From NCBI RefSeq assembly GCF_964355755.1, contig NC_092674.1, positions 21,080,001-21,144,000 of the forward strand: a stretch of DNA of 64,000 nt. Reading direction: 5' to 3'. How positions within the stretch are numbered: position 1 is the stretch's first letter; each line of letters starts with the position of its first letter. A program made the translations under genes and the position numbers. Source of the DNA: Antedon mediterranea (Eukaryota; Animalia; Echinodermata). Below are positions 13,180 through 27,234 of the stretch, piece after piece. The notes beneath the pieces were generated by a model. The model did not search any database, was not told where the DNA came from, and saw nothing but the letters and a program-made list of their open reading frames with translations.

Positions 13180-13520
13180 ATTGTCCCCCAAAAACATGAA
13201 AAATTAAGATTAAATAAATCAGACTTTGAATAATATTATTTTGTAGTTTTAATAAAGTTAATCATTTCCGTAGGAAAAAAAATAATGGTTTCATGTATGA
13301 AATGACAAAACAACGGTAACATTCAAACAAAAACCATTGGCTGGCAGCTAATAGGCCTATGACCATTTTTTGCTTTAATTTACAGTTTTTTCAGGTAAAT
13401 ACATTTTTTTTCTATCCAATTTTTGGTCAAAGTAACTATTTTGTTACATTAAAATGGCATATTAAATAAAAATGTTGTTAAGAATTATTTTTTCAGGGGG
13501 AAAATACGTCTTTAAATAAT
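13180..13520 (+). repeat. Dispersed repeat family, with other copies at ~22740-22910 (-), 51030-51360, 56230-56330 and 56760-57020
   Basis: Shared blocks TTGTCCCCAAAAACATGAAAAA, CCATTG.CTGGC, TTTTTCAGGTAAA, ATCCAATTTTTGGT and ATTAAAATGGCATATT. Confidence 0.7.
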
Positions 13521-14166
13521 TTGTTTAAACAGCATTTGCCAATCGAAATGTTTGGTCTAATATTAGTATTATTGTATAACTACAATTATTTGTAAAAATG
13601 TGAATAAGTTTATAATCAAAAACAATTAGGCTAACATCGATTATTTAATTTTGGTTGGACATGGCCCCTCCCCCACATATTTTTTAGTGAGAGATTGTCC
13701 CCCTTACTTTTCCAGCAAAATCATTAAATTGTTGAAATGATATAGAAAGTAAGACTTCTCGACACATCGTATGTAATTTAAGAAAATACAGTATCTACAT
13801 ACACACACAGTATATTATATTTTTCGTGAATATAACCAGTGGTGCATCAGGGCCCGTGCCTAAAAAGTGCGTAACCCAAAATAATTGTTTTTGTCTGGGA
13901 GGAATTTGTATCAGAAATCGATTGAAACGACCTATAAATTACTCAAAGAGCCGAGCTTTGGCGGCCCCTGTATATGATATTACATGTTTATTAAATAACA
14001 ATGTAGAGTGTTTATTTAACCTCATTCAAAGAAAACTGAAATGTTGCCATTCTCCATAGAATAAGCTAGGAATATTCACAAATATAATACTAAATATCCA
14101 ATTTGGTCATGGCAATTTTTTGGACAATACGCAATTAAATTTCACTAGCGTTTCTATTAATTATTA

Positions 14167-15060
14167 CTAGATGGTACGCTCGCTTCGCTCGCGTACCATC
14201 TAGGTTGTGTCCACAGATGGTTCTCGAATACACAGTAATTTCAGCGTCAAAAAAACTGGCGATTTCAATTGTACGACTATAAATACATTTTCGTTTTCAG
14301 AAACGAATAAATAGACACGATGATTAATGTGTAAAATTAGCACACTGGGATTTAGGCCTACGTCCGAAGGAGAAACTTGTCTTAAAATGAGTCCAAAAAA
14401 CTAAAACTGTCCCTGTTATAGTCGATTGAAATAGTAAAGTACATGTAACGATACACCACTACGACGTTTATATTTTTTATAATTACTAATTAATACAATA
14501 AAAAGTAACCACATTCACAGTAAGAAAATTTCGATTCAAATGGTGACCAAAAATGGTTATTATACGTACAGTATTTACAATATTGTCAAAGTATTGCAAT
14601 GCTATATCTCAGTTTTAAGTTTACATTTGTATAAACGTATATTAAATCTATCAAAATAGTATTTTTTTAAAGAAAATCGGCCTGTCTTCAACATTATGAT
14701 ACTGTACTCAAGCTGTTCAACCGGTTTTCAGCTATTAAAAACAATTATCGTAGGAGGAGATAGGAAAATGCGAAGCATCCTCGTATTATTGTGTGCAGGT
14801 ATTTTTTAAGAGGACATCCATTAGACAGTGTATACTACGGTCGGAAAACACCCCTATTTGGGGCAAATCGTTCAATCTAAATTCGTTTTATTTGTCAATA
14901 ACTAATTATCTAACTCAATTTAATTAGTAAACAGGGTTACATCTGGTGGTTTAAATCGGTACCGAGATTTTAAACAACTTTATATACCATCGAGTAAACA
15001 TTCTAGAAATAACGCGCGATTTACCGAATGTTGCCCTTACGTCGTAAATTTATATATAGA
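14167..15060 (-). mobile_element. Non-autonomous Helitron
   Basis: On the minus strand A|TCTATATATAAA ... terminal hairpin CTAGATGGTACGCGAGCGAAGCGAGCGTACCATCTAG|T; A/T insertion site with no TSD. Confidence 0.85.
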
Positions 15061-16342
15061 TTAACATTATACAATACAAAATTTAATTTTGTGGTAGGCC
15101 GCATACTGCCGTTTATACAATAAAACAAGTGTAGGGCCTACTAAACTTGAATATATTGTACCACACTTTTCACACAATTTTCGTATAATATCATTTCATT
15201 TTGAAAACAATGATGAAAAGAACAAAATAGCACATCATACCGACAATCCTGATAATACTATTAGTATAGCTTAGTTCTGTGTTTTTTAAATCCTGTATAA
15301 CTTGTGTTATTTTTTATGTTTTGTACATAATTTAGTTTAAATCCCCTGTAAATAGGCCTGTTTCAAAAGTGTAGTTTCCGGCCAAATAAACTGTGTAGGC
15401 CTAATTATATTTTCTTTACAATTTCCATCACATTCAGGAGAATGCATGGAGTATAATAGTTGATTATTAAAGTCGAACTCCAAAAATCTTACAAATATTA
15501 TATGTGGATTGGTGTTTCTGGCGGACAGTTTAAACACCGCTCATTAGAACACCTTGTTGACATTTATGTTTTGCGCCCTTCTTTCACAAAACCAAAATCC
15601 CAGAGACCCGCCACTGAATCTTCAATACGTTACGTCTTTCTAATTCATCAGTCAATATTGTACTCTCTGGAAAACAGATTCACGCACTTGCTTGTGTAGT
15701 GTAATGTGATGTATGCATTTCATTTATTTTTCTCGGAAGATGTTTTTTGCCAACCTCTAACTTCACGGAAAACAATCGATTTTTCTTTTCTGAAACATAC
15801 TTGCAACGTAGATTTGATGGTTCCTAAATAGAAAAATGCAAAACATTATCATCGTCATAATTATTGTTATCGCCACTATTTTCTGTGGTAAAATCTTTAA
15901 ATTCCAAAATAAGGGCGACAACTTTGTCTGCAGTAAAATGTCTTATTAATTAATAGAGCCCCTAATGATGCTATTAGGTAAAACCTAAACCTAAATCTTT
16001 TCAGTATAACATTCATTCTGTGGAATTTCGCTCACCATTCCACGCCCCTACCACAAAATCTTACATTCGCTTATCGTTGAAAATTAAATTGCATAAAATG
16101 TCCATTAGAATTATATTTTTAAATAAAATCACATTTACCGTTATTGAACAACTTGACCGAGAACCATGTTTTAAAAACGTATTAGGAATGTACATATTAT
16201 GATTTATATTGTTTACGATTTATCTACAAAGTGTGTTAATTACTATAGAAATTTTCGCGATTTTCCAGACTTGTCTACATCATTGTTTGTTGTTGAAATA
16301 ATAGCTTCATTTGTTCTTATAAATACTTGTAATTGTATCTAC

Positions 16343-18363
16343 TTGTTACACTCGTTTTGGAATCCAGCGTTGGCGTTACGTATTTTACGCTCGTTAGCGG
16401 CTCAACCGTTGGCGTTACGTCTTTTACGCTCGTGAGCGGCTCAACCGTTGGCGTTACGTATTTTACGCTCGTTAGCGGCTCAACCGTTGGTGTTACGTCT
16501 TTTACGCTCGTGAGCAGCTCAGCCGTTGGTGTTACGCCCGTGAACAGCTTCAATGTTGGTGTTACTTCTATTGCATTCGGTATTGTCTCTATTGAATCTG
16601 TTTAGAAAAAAAAAATATTTATGTAGAATAATTATCGTATCTGTTGTGCGCGGCGGAAGTGTAGTGAAATTCTACTGTTACGGCTGCAGTACCCGAAGCT
16701 CAATAGGCAAGTTAGTGATGTGGAGGTGTTCGAGTCCCACAAGAATCACTTTGTGCATCATTGATCATTCAGACACTTAGATAACTATCTGACACAAAGT
16801 CCGCCGATACTGTTATAAACAAACTAAACATAATTTTTAAAACAATTTAGTGTACTTGTTGCTTTTGGCCATATCAATATATAAATCAAAGGGCAAATAA
16901 TAAATGGATGGGTGTTGAAAAAAAAAAATCAAAATAAATATGCATAATATAGGCAAATAATAAATACGATATCATGAGATCATATTTGCTGGACTCTCTT
17001 GATATAGTTTTGCCGACGACTTTAGATAAATAAGTAAACAAGCTTTACCTTTTTCACAAACCGTATATATAGAAATTGACAAAAGATCTAAGCAGATGAC
17101 GTCAATCCACTCTCCTGTTACGCAGCTATAGATTACACAGTTCTCATTAATGAACAAATAATTATCAGGCTGACCACTTTGCCAGTCTAGAATTAGGTTA
17201 AAAATATTAATGTTGGTATTAAAAAAACAATGCCGTGTCGGTTTTTTTGTGTATGTATTTATCAATGATTTTATGTATATAGACTTGCACTGATGAAGGG
17301 TTAGTGTTGCCCGAAAGCTCTGCTAACTTTTCTGGCTGTTTTATATTATCGTTTTGATTTAGTTTTTCGCTTTCTTGGTATCTCCATTTTGAGATCCAAT
17401 CACCACCATAGCATTGTCATTTTTTCAGTAATTTTCCTTGGGATTTATATATATATATTTATTGTTAAAAAGAGAAAAACAGTTCTATAGATTATAAAAC
17501 ATAAATTTGGTTAATTAAATGTATATATAAACGAAATAATATATGTAGAAAATATTTATAAGAACTAACAGGTTTTGAAAATATATTAAAAAAGGATATG
17601 TATAAATATCACAAAAATTATGGTAAGTAATGATACTGGATAAAGAAATGATTAAAACAACAAAATCATGTATGTAAACACATAACAAAGACACAATGTT
17701 AGAAAAAGTATGTGTAAATTACTATTATTTATATGAAAAGTTACAGAAATAAAAGTTGGACGAACCCTACAACAAAAAAACAATACTGTATCAATGCGCT
17801 GTGGACTTAAGATGTTACACTTTTCAACTACGCTTCTCCCTTTATAATTGGTTCCTATTATCAACGCAACGCATCACAAGAGACAGTTTAGGATGATCCA
17901 TCGCTTGTGATTAATTAACTCGCTTAAGTTACGCTTATTATATCCTTGCGATATTCACGGTACTATGTTTTGTGTATACAGAACTTATGGGTTATTAGTC
18001 CTTATCCGACTAGACTCTACCACTAGAACTATGGAGCGAGTGATCCTCGAAGCCTTGCTATAAGTTCAATTATAGGCCTATTATTTGAAACGGTACTATA
18101 CATAGACCTACTTATATAGTTGGTAGATTCTCCTGTAACCCAAACAAACGTATCTTCCACGGCTTTGTCATTCAATCCAATCCAAAAATTCCGACAAGTT
18201 CTGATGCTGCCAACGAAATCATTTTCCTCTTGCGATGAAATAGTGACTAAATGAGCGTCTAAAGTGTTACAGTATATCTCAGCTTTATCCCATGATGTTT
18301 GGTAGTCGAATGATTTGTAACAACTACTTTCAAACAAACTCCACGAAGGCTCACACACACTCG
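16343..18363 (-). CDS. C-type lectin domain plus Thr-rich mucin repeat, module B
   Basis: Exons 18112-18363 (CEPSWSLFESSCYK...FWIGLND), 17049-17186 (NWQSGQPDNY...ENCV...GEWIDVIC...VCEK) and 16343-16597 (39-bp repeats, VTPTVEPLTSVKD), all phase 1-1. Possible further exon at 15801-15823. Confidence 0.85.
17287..17323 (+). ncRNA. Minimal type I hammerhead ribozyme in a Penelope-like element fragment (~17270-17450)
   Basis: GCA-CTGATGA-A-GGGT(TAGTGTT)GCCC-GAAA-GC-TC-TGC: intact catalytic boxes, stem II, palindromic AGCT stem III and a 3-bp stem I. Confidence 0.65.
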
Positions 18364-18634
18364 CTAAATTTACATAATTAAGAAGAGATCGGTTTTGAAA
18401 CATTCATGATTGTCATTCATAAATATTTTATGGCAAAATATATACATTTCTTTCAATAACATTATTTCAAGAACTTTTTTATTTCTTTAATTTTATTTCT
18501 GGCATTATTATTGTTATTGTTATTATTATTATTGTTTTATCGACCTACAATAAAAATGTAAAAAGAATGTGAAATGATTAGAGAAAGGAAAGTCCTTTGA
18601 CACTTATTAAACCAGGAAAAAAAGTGAATTTAAC

Positions 18635-18845
18635 TCTTCCTTGATTAAACCAATCAAAATTGTAATCAATTTTAGGAATTACCGACTTATTACATTCTGT
18701 ATAGGCCTATTAAAATGTTCTTTATCTATATTATCTATCTCTTCCTTGAATAAACCAATCAAAATTGTAATCAATTTTAGGAATTACCGACTTACTACAT
18801 TCTGTATAGGCCTATTAAAATGTTCTTTATCTATTATTATCTATA
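18635..18845. repeat. 105-bp tandem duplication
   Basis: CTCTTCCTTGA.TAAACCAATCAAAATTG... repeated at 18635 and 18740. Confidence 0.9.
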
Positions 18846-20428
18846 TGTCTATGTACTATTATTAGTGTATTTGTGTTATTTTAATTATTTAATTTTTCTA
18901 CAAATTTTAGTCTACATGATTATAGTTACTAACTGCGAAAATGTGCTTTTACTTACTTACTCCCACGCTGTTAGTTTCATTGTGGCATTAAAACTACTAA
19001 TAGGTAATGTGTTGTTCAAACCATTTGTCCTTTTGAACAAATGAAGCCAGCAAACATTCACCGTTAGATAACAATTTTATTATGATTATTTAATTTGTTC
19101 AGCAGCTTTTGTGTTTAAATTAAATTTCCAAATTACAATAAATTACAAAATTGAATTATGTGATAGGTCTATACAATTCAATACAAACTTTGATTGTAGT
19201 GCACCACATAATATCATTCATTGTACAGTTATTAAACAAATTTCCATTTTGTCTCTACTGAACAATTCAAAATTAAATCAATATTAAATTTATTAAAAAA
19301 CGATATTGAAGGAGGGATAAATCTCCTCCGCGTTATACCAAAATCATACTACCGTATCTTATTAAAACATACGTTGGTTACTACATTGATTTTTATCTTA
19401 AAAGCTATGTATATAAATTAATATTTTGTTTACAGTGGAGTTATTACTTTATTTCAAAGAATTTTCATAATTAACATTTCATAGATTCCTGTAAAAATAT
19501 AAATTTAATGACGTTTATTCTAAAACATCTACCCTTGTCTTGCATGTACTGTCCGTAATATATTTTCAGGAAAAAGCGTGTGTCATTAATATTCCGCAAG
19601 GGGTCAATTACGTAACTGTTTAACATCTACTTCCTGTTAAAGTCGAAACTCGCGGCCTACATGACATAAAAGAAAGTTTTATTATCTACCGACATAAAGA
19701 CAAGCAATACTGAAGAATGGGGTTGTTTAAATGAATGAACTGAATAACGAGTCGTATACTGTGAATCTTCATCAAAGATCTATTACTAAAAATGTAAATA
19801 CATTTATATCTTCCTTTCTTTCAGTAAAGATTTTGTCAAAATGTTGCTCACAAGACTTACTAGAACTTTCAAATTCTATACCTAATGAGATTCGAGATAT
19901 TTTTGTTAATGGTTCATATTATAAATTATTTTTACAGTAATTTAAATGTCAGAAAGAAGCTTTTTATAAAAAGAGGTTTTTGCTTTGACTACGCTGTTAA
20001 ACCTACTGGCGATATTTCTTTTTGCGTAGACTTGAATTTCAAAATGTTTTGTTTTTCTAACCTTTATCCTTTTCCACAAAAAAAACATTGTAGATAATAT
20101 ATTAATAAAAATTATTGAATTTGGTCAGCAACTTTTCATGTTTATATTTTTTTCCAAGCGTTTCTATTTATTAAATTATTTGATAGACCTATACAATTGA
20201 AATGTGTAATTCGTGTGTAATTATTGCACCATCATTTTTTGTATAACAAAAATCGCTTTTCTAGTCCATCAGTACCACACACTTCAATTGAAGCAAAACC
20301 GTCGACGACAATTAAATGAAATCAAGGATGAACATATCCAAATATTACAACATACGTTGACTACTTCCTTCGTGTAATTTGAAAAGATTAGCATAAAAAA
20401 GTAATACTGATCACAAAAAATGGTATAC

Positions 20429-23400
20429 TTGTTAAGATCGTGGTCGGCTCCATCGTTGGTGTTACGTCTATTACGGTCGTGGTCGGCGCCATCGTTGGTG
20501 TTACGTTTATTACGGTCTTTATGGTCGGCTCCATCGTTGGTGTTACGTCTATTACGGTCGTGTTCGGCTCCATCGTTGGTGTTACGTATGTTACGGTGGT
20601 GTTCGGCTCCATCGTTGGTGTTACGTCTATTACGGTCGTGGTCGGCTCCATCGTTGGTGTTACGTCTATTACGGTCGTGGTCGGCTCCATCGTTGGTGTT
20701 ACGTCTATTACGGTCATGGTCGGCTCCATCGTTGGTGTGACGTTTAACCTCGATGACATGTTTTCTGAATCTGTTAAAACAATGTCGTTTTGTAATGTAA
20801 TTAAAAAATGGAACGACGTAAATTGAATTGTGTTTTTCCCACAAAATAGTATGTAAAACTTGTTTCATAGAACTGAATTGTGTTTTATTCATGTTATAAT
20901 TTCCTATTTATGGCAATATATTTACCTATATATTCTAAATCACTTTAATTAAGGTTTTACCCATTTGAAAACAAAATGGTCATATTTAACAAAAATTCAA
21001 AATAAATATGCCTTATATAAAGTTGTTGCCTTCGGAAAAGAATTGTACTTTAGGCGTCAGGCGTTTTCCATTTTTGTGTTGGAAATGTTTGTATATGTAC
21101 TTGTGTTGCCAAATGTCTAGGAAATAAACAAAATTATTGCGTTACCTTTTTCACACACTGTATCTTTAATGTTCCACGAATGATTAGACGAACAACGCAA
21201 ATCAACCCACTGCCCATTTTGGCATTTATAGTGTACGCAGTCCTCTGCACTGGAATAATCATCAGGCTGATCACTTTGCCAGTCTAGAACGAAGCCAAAT
21301 AATATTAACATTTATATGTCTTATCACTGACCTTGTGAGACATATAGATGAGAAGTCGCAACGACAAGATTATCCGTCAAAACAGATTTTGAAACCCTCT
21401 CATTTAAGCAAGTAAGACAACGTCATAGTGTCCAATTATTGATCACTTAGGCCTACCAACCCCCGTACCAACCCTAACTACCATATTCCCCCCCCCCCAC
21501 ACTAAAAAAATAGGCATCGAGCTTCTCCCACGGACTATGCATTGTAATCGTCAACTGAAATAATTGATTTTCCCCGCAGAGAGCAAACTTAGCCTTGGGT
21601 CATCTTGGGCCAATTGTTTTAGACAATCCATGATCTTCCCCGTATCTGAAAAGCAACGAAGCGTGACATTTTTGTCAAGAATATAAATATTTGCTAAGGA
21701 GCAATAGATTAAATCTTTCAATTGTATCTAAATGGACAGCAAATAAATAATACTAATAATGAAAATATAATTATTAGAAACATCATTAGGTACTTAAAAA
21801 GTTGGTAGATTCTCCTGTAATCCAAACAAACGTATTTTCTACGGCTTTGTCATTCAATCCAATCCAAAAATCCTGACAAGTTTCGATGCTGTTGCCAACG
21901 AAATTATTTTCCTCTTGCGATGAAATAGTGACTAGATGCGCGTCTAAAGATTCACAATATTCTTCAGATTCGTCACATGTTGTGTTGGTGTCGAATAATT
22001 TATAACAACTACTTCCAAAAAAACTCCACGAAGGTTCACATAAACTTTCTGAACATATTATAATAAAGAAAACAGTATTGTCAATACACATAATAAATGT
22101 TAGTATTGTAATTCATAGTTTCAAATTATATACCAAATTTGTAAAAAAGTAGGCCTTAAACTACTTTAAATCATCAACATAGAAATGTCATGTTCAAGTT
22201 CTCCTCAGTGAAGACGTGACCGTCTAACTTGGAAATGAAAATATAGAGGACGCTAAAATGATAAACCAAACCATATATTAAACAACATTAAATAATGGCA
22301 TACTTTCTATTTTCTTACAGTATCTAACTGTATATCTAGAGTAGTATTATAAATGCACACATCGAGATATTGTTTTTATTTATCAAGAAAAAGTGGGAGA
22401 AATAGCATATTTCGTTAGAGTGTGGGAGATGACTCGACAGAATCTTTCAATCGGTAGCAGTGCACAGGAAGTAAAGAAGAGAAATATTTAAAGTACAATC
22501 TATCGTGCAGTATTGAAATTAACATTCAATCAATTAATTCAACTTTATTTCAGACAAACTGTCCATATGAAACACATAAAGTTTACAAAAACAACACATT
22601 ATTATGGCTATACTGATACTAGTTAACACACGTAAAAGTATACATGAGATTAAATATACAAAGGTTCTGTCCATTTTCTATTCAACATGTATTTTAATGC
22701 ATTTTAATGTTTTAAAGATGTATTTTCCCTCCTAAAAAATAATTCTTAAAACATGTTTAATATGCTATTTTAATATCCCATAATAGTTATCCACTTTCAC
22801 CAAAAATTGGATTAAAAACTAAATTTATTTACCTGAAAAAAGGTGTAATTTAAAGCAAGAAAACTGAAATTAGCTGCCAGGCAATGGGTTTTTGGTTGGG
22901 TTTAACCATTTATTTTGTCTTTTTCTAAGTGAAAGCATTATTTTTTTTTTCGTTTTTTTGTCTACGAAAGTGATTAGATGTACCTTGTACAAAGTTGAAA
23001 CAGTAAATACACATATGCTATTCGTATCCTTTTCCATCTTTCTCCTTACTACTCATTTGACTTTTTTTCACTCCACCATTGGTAATACCCTTCCTCTCCA
23101 CACAGATATCGATATCAACTTGGCTGCCTTTTAAAGCTCTCCATATTCTTACTCCTCAAGCTATCTATTACTTGCTAATATCACATCTAATGGGCGCAAC
23201 AGTCTTTTAGATTCAGTGCTCCAACTTTTTAAAATTCTCTTCCTTTAAATATTCGACTTGTTTCATCTTACTCTTCCGTCTAAATTTGGCTCAAGAACGA
23301 TCTTCTTGTTTCTTCCTTTTCCTCTTTTCTTCTGAGATGGCCAATTTAAATAATTTTTTTGTTCTAATTTTTTTTGCTTTATTTTATCTTTTTTTTATCT

Positions 23401-23982
23401 TTATAAATTAATTCTATTTATTATAATTTAATTTTTATAAATTATTATTTTTATTTATGTCTTTCTTGTATTATTTGTTTAGGGTCCCTAATGTTCAGCT
23501 TCGGCTGGATGGACCACCCTCGTAAAATATTGTTGAAAAAAAAACCAAAGCAAAAAAACAAAACAAAAATAAATATATTATATAATATTTAAAAAGCAAA
23601 CATGCTGGCAGTGCAATAATTGTGAAATCAGATACTAAAGTACAGTACTGTCTAATAATTTGAGAAATAACATAATGATGTCTTAATACATTTATAATAA
23701 TGGTATAGATAGAACTAATGCCAACGTATAATCGTCGGACATGTGTTGTTGACTATAATTTATCCTATTCAGATAACGTTGTTTGTATTGGCATTATTTT
23801 CTTTTTATTCTTCCTTACCCGATAATGTGTACCGGCCTACGAGTCTCCTAGATTCTATTCTTATTTGAAATTGAACGAAAATAAATATTAGCAAAGTTAA
23901 AAAAAACAACTAAAATAGGCTTACCTGTATTTGGTGGTTGCCTCATCACAAGTACGGTAATAAATACATGAATGTATAACAT
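20429..23982 (-). CDS. Secreted C-type lectin plus Thr-rich mucin repeat, module A
   Basis: Putative signal exon 23925-23982 (MLYIHVFITVLVMRQPPNT), CTLD exons 21794-22048 and 21146-21283 (WIGL and QPD motifs, conserved Cys), and mucin exon 20429-20770 (~8 x VIDVTPTMEPTTT). The donor at 21793 (gtacct) is weak. Confidence 0.8.
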
Positions 23983-24461
23983 CTTCTCAGTGATTTTCTA
24001 CCGACAGTTCACAACGTTTAAATAGAAAAATAGAAATGATGGATATTGAGTCTATTCACAATAAATGTATTTTATATGTCACTAGTCTGATTGGCTTGTA
24101 AAATGAACCAATAGAAGTACGAATGTGTTTGCGATTGTGTGATAATAGACGAAGGCACCAATCAAATAATTGAATTATCTATTATTTACTTTAATGATGA
24201 AGGAAAAAATAATTTATTTTTAACTTTGGTGAGCAACAGAACACATGTTTTGTTATGTTATGTGTTTCGTACATAAAAAACTGTATAATATTACCACCAT
24301 CCGGTGTTGATTTAAAGATCGAGTTGCTATACAATTAGATTGTAGCTAGCTCAATGATATAGGCCTACATACATTACGAAAGACTGTTTATTCACTTCAT
24401 ATAGGTCTATGTCTTTATATTTATTTACAGTTAAATTTTTTATAATTTGTTTCAACATAAA

Positions 24462-25488
24462 TTAGATACACTAGCTTCGCTCGCGTACCATCTCAGTCGT
24501 GCCCACAGATGGACGTTCTCGATAGACAGTAATTTCAGCGTAAAAAAACTGGCCATTTCAAAATGTACGTACCACAGGATTATAATACATTGTCGTTTAC
24601 AGAAACGAATAAATAGACACGATGATTTATGTAATCAACTAAAATTAGCACCCTAGGAATTACTTACGAAAGAGAAAGTTGTCACAAAATGTGTTCACAA
24701 TTTTGATTTGGACTCATTTAAACAAACCCAGTTTGTTTTTTGTATGTAACATTAAGGTTGAGGGAAGGTACAAAGAGGAACAGTTTTTAAATATATTCTT
24801 TATCCACTCGGCAACGATTTTTTTTCATGTTTTGTAGGCCTATAAATAATATACCACTAAATACACTAAAACATTTGCGATTTAATACTTTGTTAAAGCT
24901 GTCACTGTCATAGTCGATTGAAATAGTAAAGTACATGTGACGATACACCACTACGACGTTTATATTTTTTGTAATTATTAATTAATACAAACGTTGAGAA
25001 GCAACTGTCAGTATTATAGTTTATTTGTATATTATGTGTTTATAATCTAATAGTAGGGCCTCCCACACTCACAGTATTATAGTTTATTTGTATGTTTATA
25101 ACCAAATACTTTGGAATGTTCCATTCATCGCAAATCATAGTACATTTGTATAAACGTATATTAAATCTAAATAGTATTTTGTAAAGAAAATCGGCCTGTC
25201 GAGCTGTTCAACCGGTTTTCAGCCATTAAAACAATTATCGTAGGAGGAGATTGGAAAATGCGAAGCATCCTCGTATGCGGGTATTTTTCAAGATGGACAT
25301 TCATTAGACAGTGTATACTACGATCGAAAGAAATGCCCTTTTTGAGGCAAATCGTTGAACAGGGTTACAACAGTTGGTTAAAATCAGTACCGAAAGTACG
25401 AACCAACTTTATATAGGCCCTACCATCGAGTAAACATTCTAGAAATAACGCGCAATTTACCGTTATTTGCCCTCAAGTAAATTTATTG
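24462..25488 (-). mobile_element. Degenerate second copy of the 14167-15060 Helitron
   Basis: Collinear shared blocks such as GCTTCGCTCGCGTACCATCT, ATAGTCGATTGAAATAGTAAAGTACATG and CCATCGAGTAAACATTCTAGAAATAACGCGC; termini eroded. Confidence 0.85.
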
Positions 25489-25563
25489 ACTAAAAGTGAT
25501 TCTTGATAAAGTAGTTGAGGTGCAAATAGACCAACATTTCTAATTTCAAATCACAAAATGTGT

Positions 25564-25671
25564 TCCCCAGTGGCTCAGTCGGTTAGCGCGCCGTACTTAT
25601 AAGCAGTACATGGCTTCGCCCTTACTGGTTTGGTAATGCGGAGGTCGAGAGTTCGATCCTCTCCTGGGGAA
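25564..25671 (+). tRNA. tRNA-Ile(UAU) with 34-nt intron (25602-25635)
   Basis: Acceptor stem TCCCCAG/CTGGGGA, anticodon stem CCGTA/TGCGG, loop CT-TAT-A|A, T arm GAGAG-TTCGATC-CTCTC, downstream T run. Confidence 0.9.
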
Positions 25672-25866
25672 ACTAAATTTTTACCAACAAAATATCGACT
25701 ATCATAATAATAATACATATTACTTATACATTTATGCTAGTATACCAAGTTAAAAGAAGTTGTATATAATAATGTTTTCCAACATTCTGCCTTTAACCAC
25801 CAAATTCGTTTTGAGCTAAACATAGGTATACGGGTACCAATCGAACGTCAGAAGTTGTATTGTATT

Positions 25867-25948
25867 GTATAAGTGGACGTAGTTAAGGCGATAAACTTGA
25901 ATTTAGGAGTTTCCCCGCGGATGTTCGAGTGCTGCCATGCCGACTACG
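25867..25948 (+). pseudogene. Decayed tRNA-Ser(UGA)-like sequence
   Basis: GTTAAGGCGATAAACTTGAA...GTTTCCCCGCGGATGTTCGAGTGCTGCC..GACTACG resembles the eukaryotic tRNA-Ser body; stems are broken. Confidence 0.7.
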
Positions 25949-26850
25949 AATTAAACATTTATCACAATCTAATATTTATTACTGCTACTACAATACATTT
26001 TTCGTGTAGGCCTAATTTTACGTATCTCGAAGCCGAATTGATGAATTGTACGTGCTGCTCACATTTGGCACACTGATGTTTATTGAGGGGACGCACACGA
26101 TAGGCTACCGTATGTCACATTCCTGAATTTTAAGGATAAACACTAAAAAAAGGCAAAAAATAACAGTAATTTGACATGTTTCATGAGTTGTTACGTCACG
26201 CAACAGAAATTTATAATTCCCAGCAATGTTTTAACTGTATATATGAACTGTTTTATAAGTTGTTTTGTGACTGTGTAATTTGGCAGTAGTCACTCTCATA
26301 CTGTAGGCCTACATTTAAAAGTAACACATCCAAATGCCAACTTCAAGTCAATGGCTACCAGATGTCTCTGTGAGACGGTTATTTGAACCAGTACCAGTAC
26401 CAGTACCATCAACTACGCATCAACCTGATACCACTTAAAACAGTTTAAATTAGAGAATAAGAGTGACTATAAGGAATGGTATGATAAAGCAAAATCAAAG
26501 TCATCCCTAAGTGATTGTGCATTATCTATTTTCGAGTTGTGCACTTTTTGTGTTTAAAAGTCCGTACATTTCTGATGCGCACCCAAGATTAATAATATTC
26601 ACACAGCACAAAGTCCCGTATTCAATATTGCGCTTTTATTAATAACTTAATCATCCTATACGAATTATTATTAAGGCAGGCAAGTGGTGCGGAGCACGGG
26701 TTACTGCTATCCCACAACATTTAATTAAACAAGTTACAGCTAACAAATATCCCACACTCAGATGCATGACTACCGTACTGAAAGTGATTCTTGATAACGT
26801 AGTAGAGGTGCAAATAGACCAACAATTCTAATTTTATATCACAAATGTGT

Positions 26851-26958
26851 TCCCCAGTGGCTCAGTCGGTTAGCGCGCCGTACTTATAAACAGTACATGG
26901 TTTCATCCTTACTGGTTTGGTAATGCGGAGGTCGAGAGTTCGATCCTCTCCTGGGGAA
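26851..26958 (+). tRNA. tRNA-Ile(UAU) with 34-nt intron, copy 2
   Basis: Exons identical to copy 1; intron differs at 4 positions. Confidence 0.9.
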
Positions 26959-27152
26959 ACTGAATTTTTACCAACAAAATATCGACTATCATATTATAAT
27001 AATACATATTACTTATACATTTATGCTAGTATACCAAGTTAAAAGAAGTTGTATATATTGTTTTTGAACATTCTGCCTTTAACCACCAAATTCGTTTTGA
27101 GCTAAACATAGGTATACGGGTACCAATCGAACGTCAGAAGTTGTATTGTATT

Positions 27153-27234
27153 GTATAAGTGGACGTAGTTAAGGCGATAAATTTGAATTTAGGAGTTTCC
27201 CCGCGGATGTTCGGGTGCTGCCATGCCGACTACG
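27153..27234 (+). pseudogene. Decayed tRNA-Ser-like sequence, copy 2
   Basis: Duplicate of 25867-25948. Confidence 0.7.

Noticed and set aside
18960-19040. Candidate first exon for lectin module B
   Set aside because: The only open frame ends in phase 2 or a stop, incompatible with the phase-1 acceptor at 18363.
20284-20892. Overlapping ORFs of 202, 106 and 128 aa
   Set aside because: Alternative frames and antisense of the 39-bp mucin repeat.
22832-22910. Apparent ATG-to-donor lectin exon
   Set aside because: Part of a dispersed repeat family seen at 13.3, 51.2, 56.3 and 56.9 kb.
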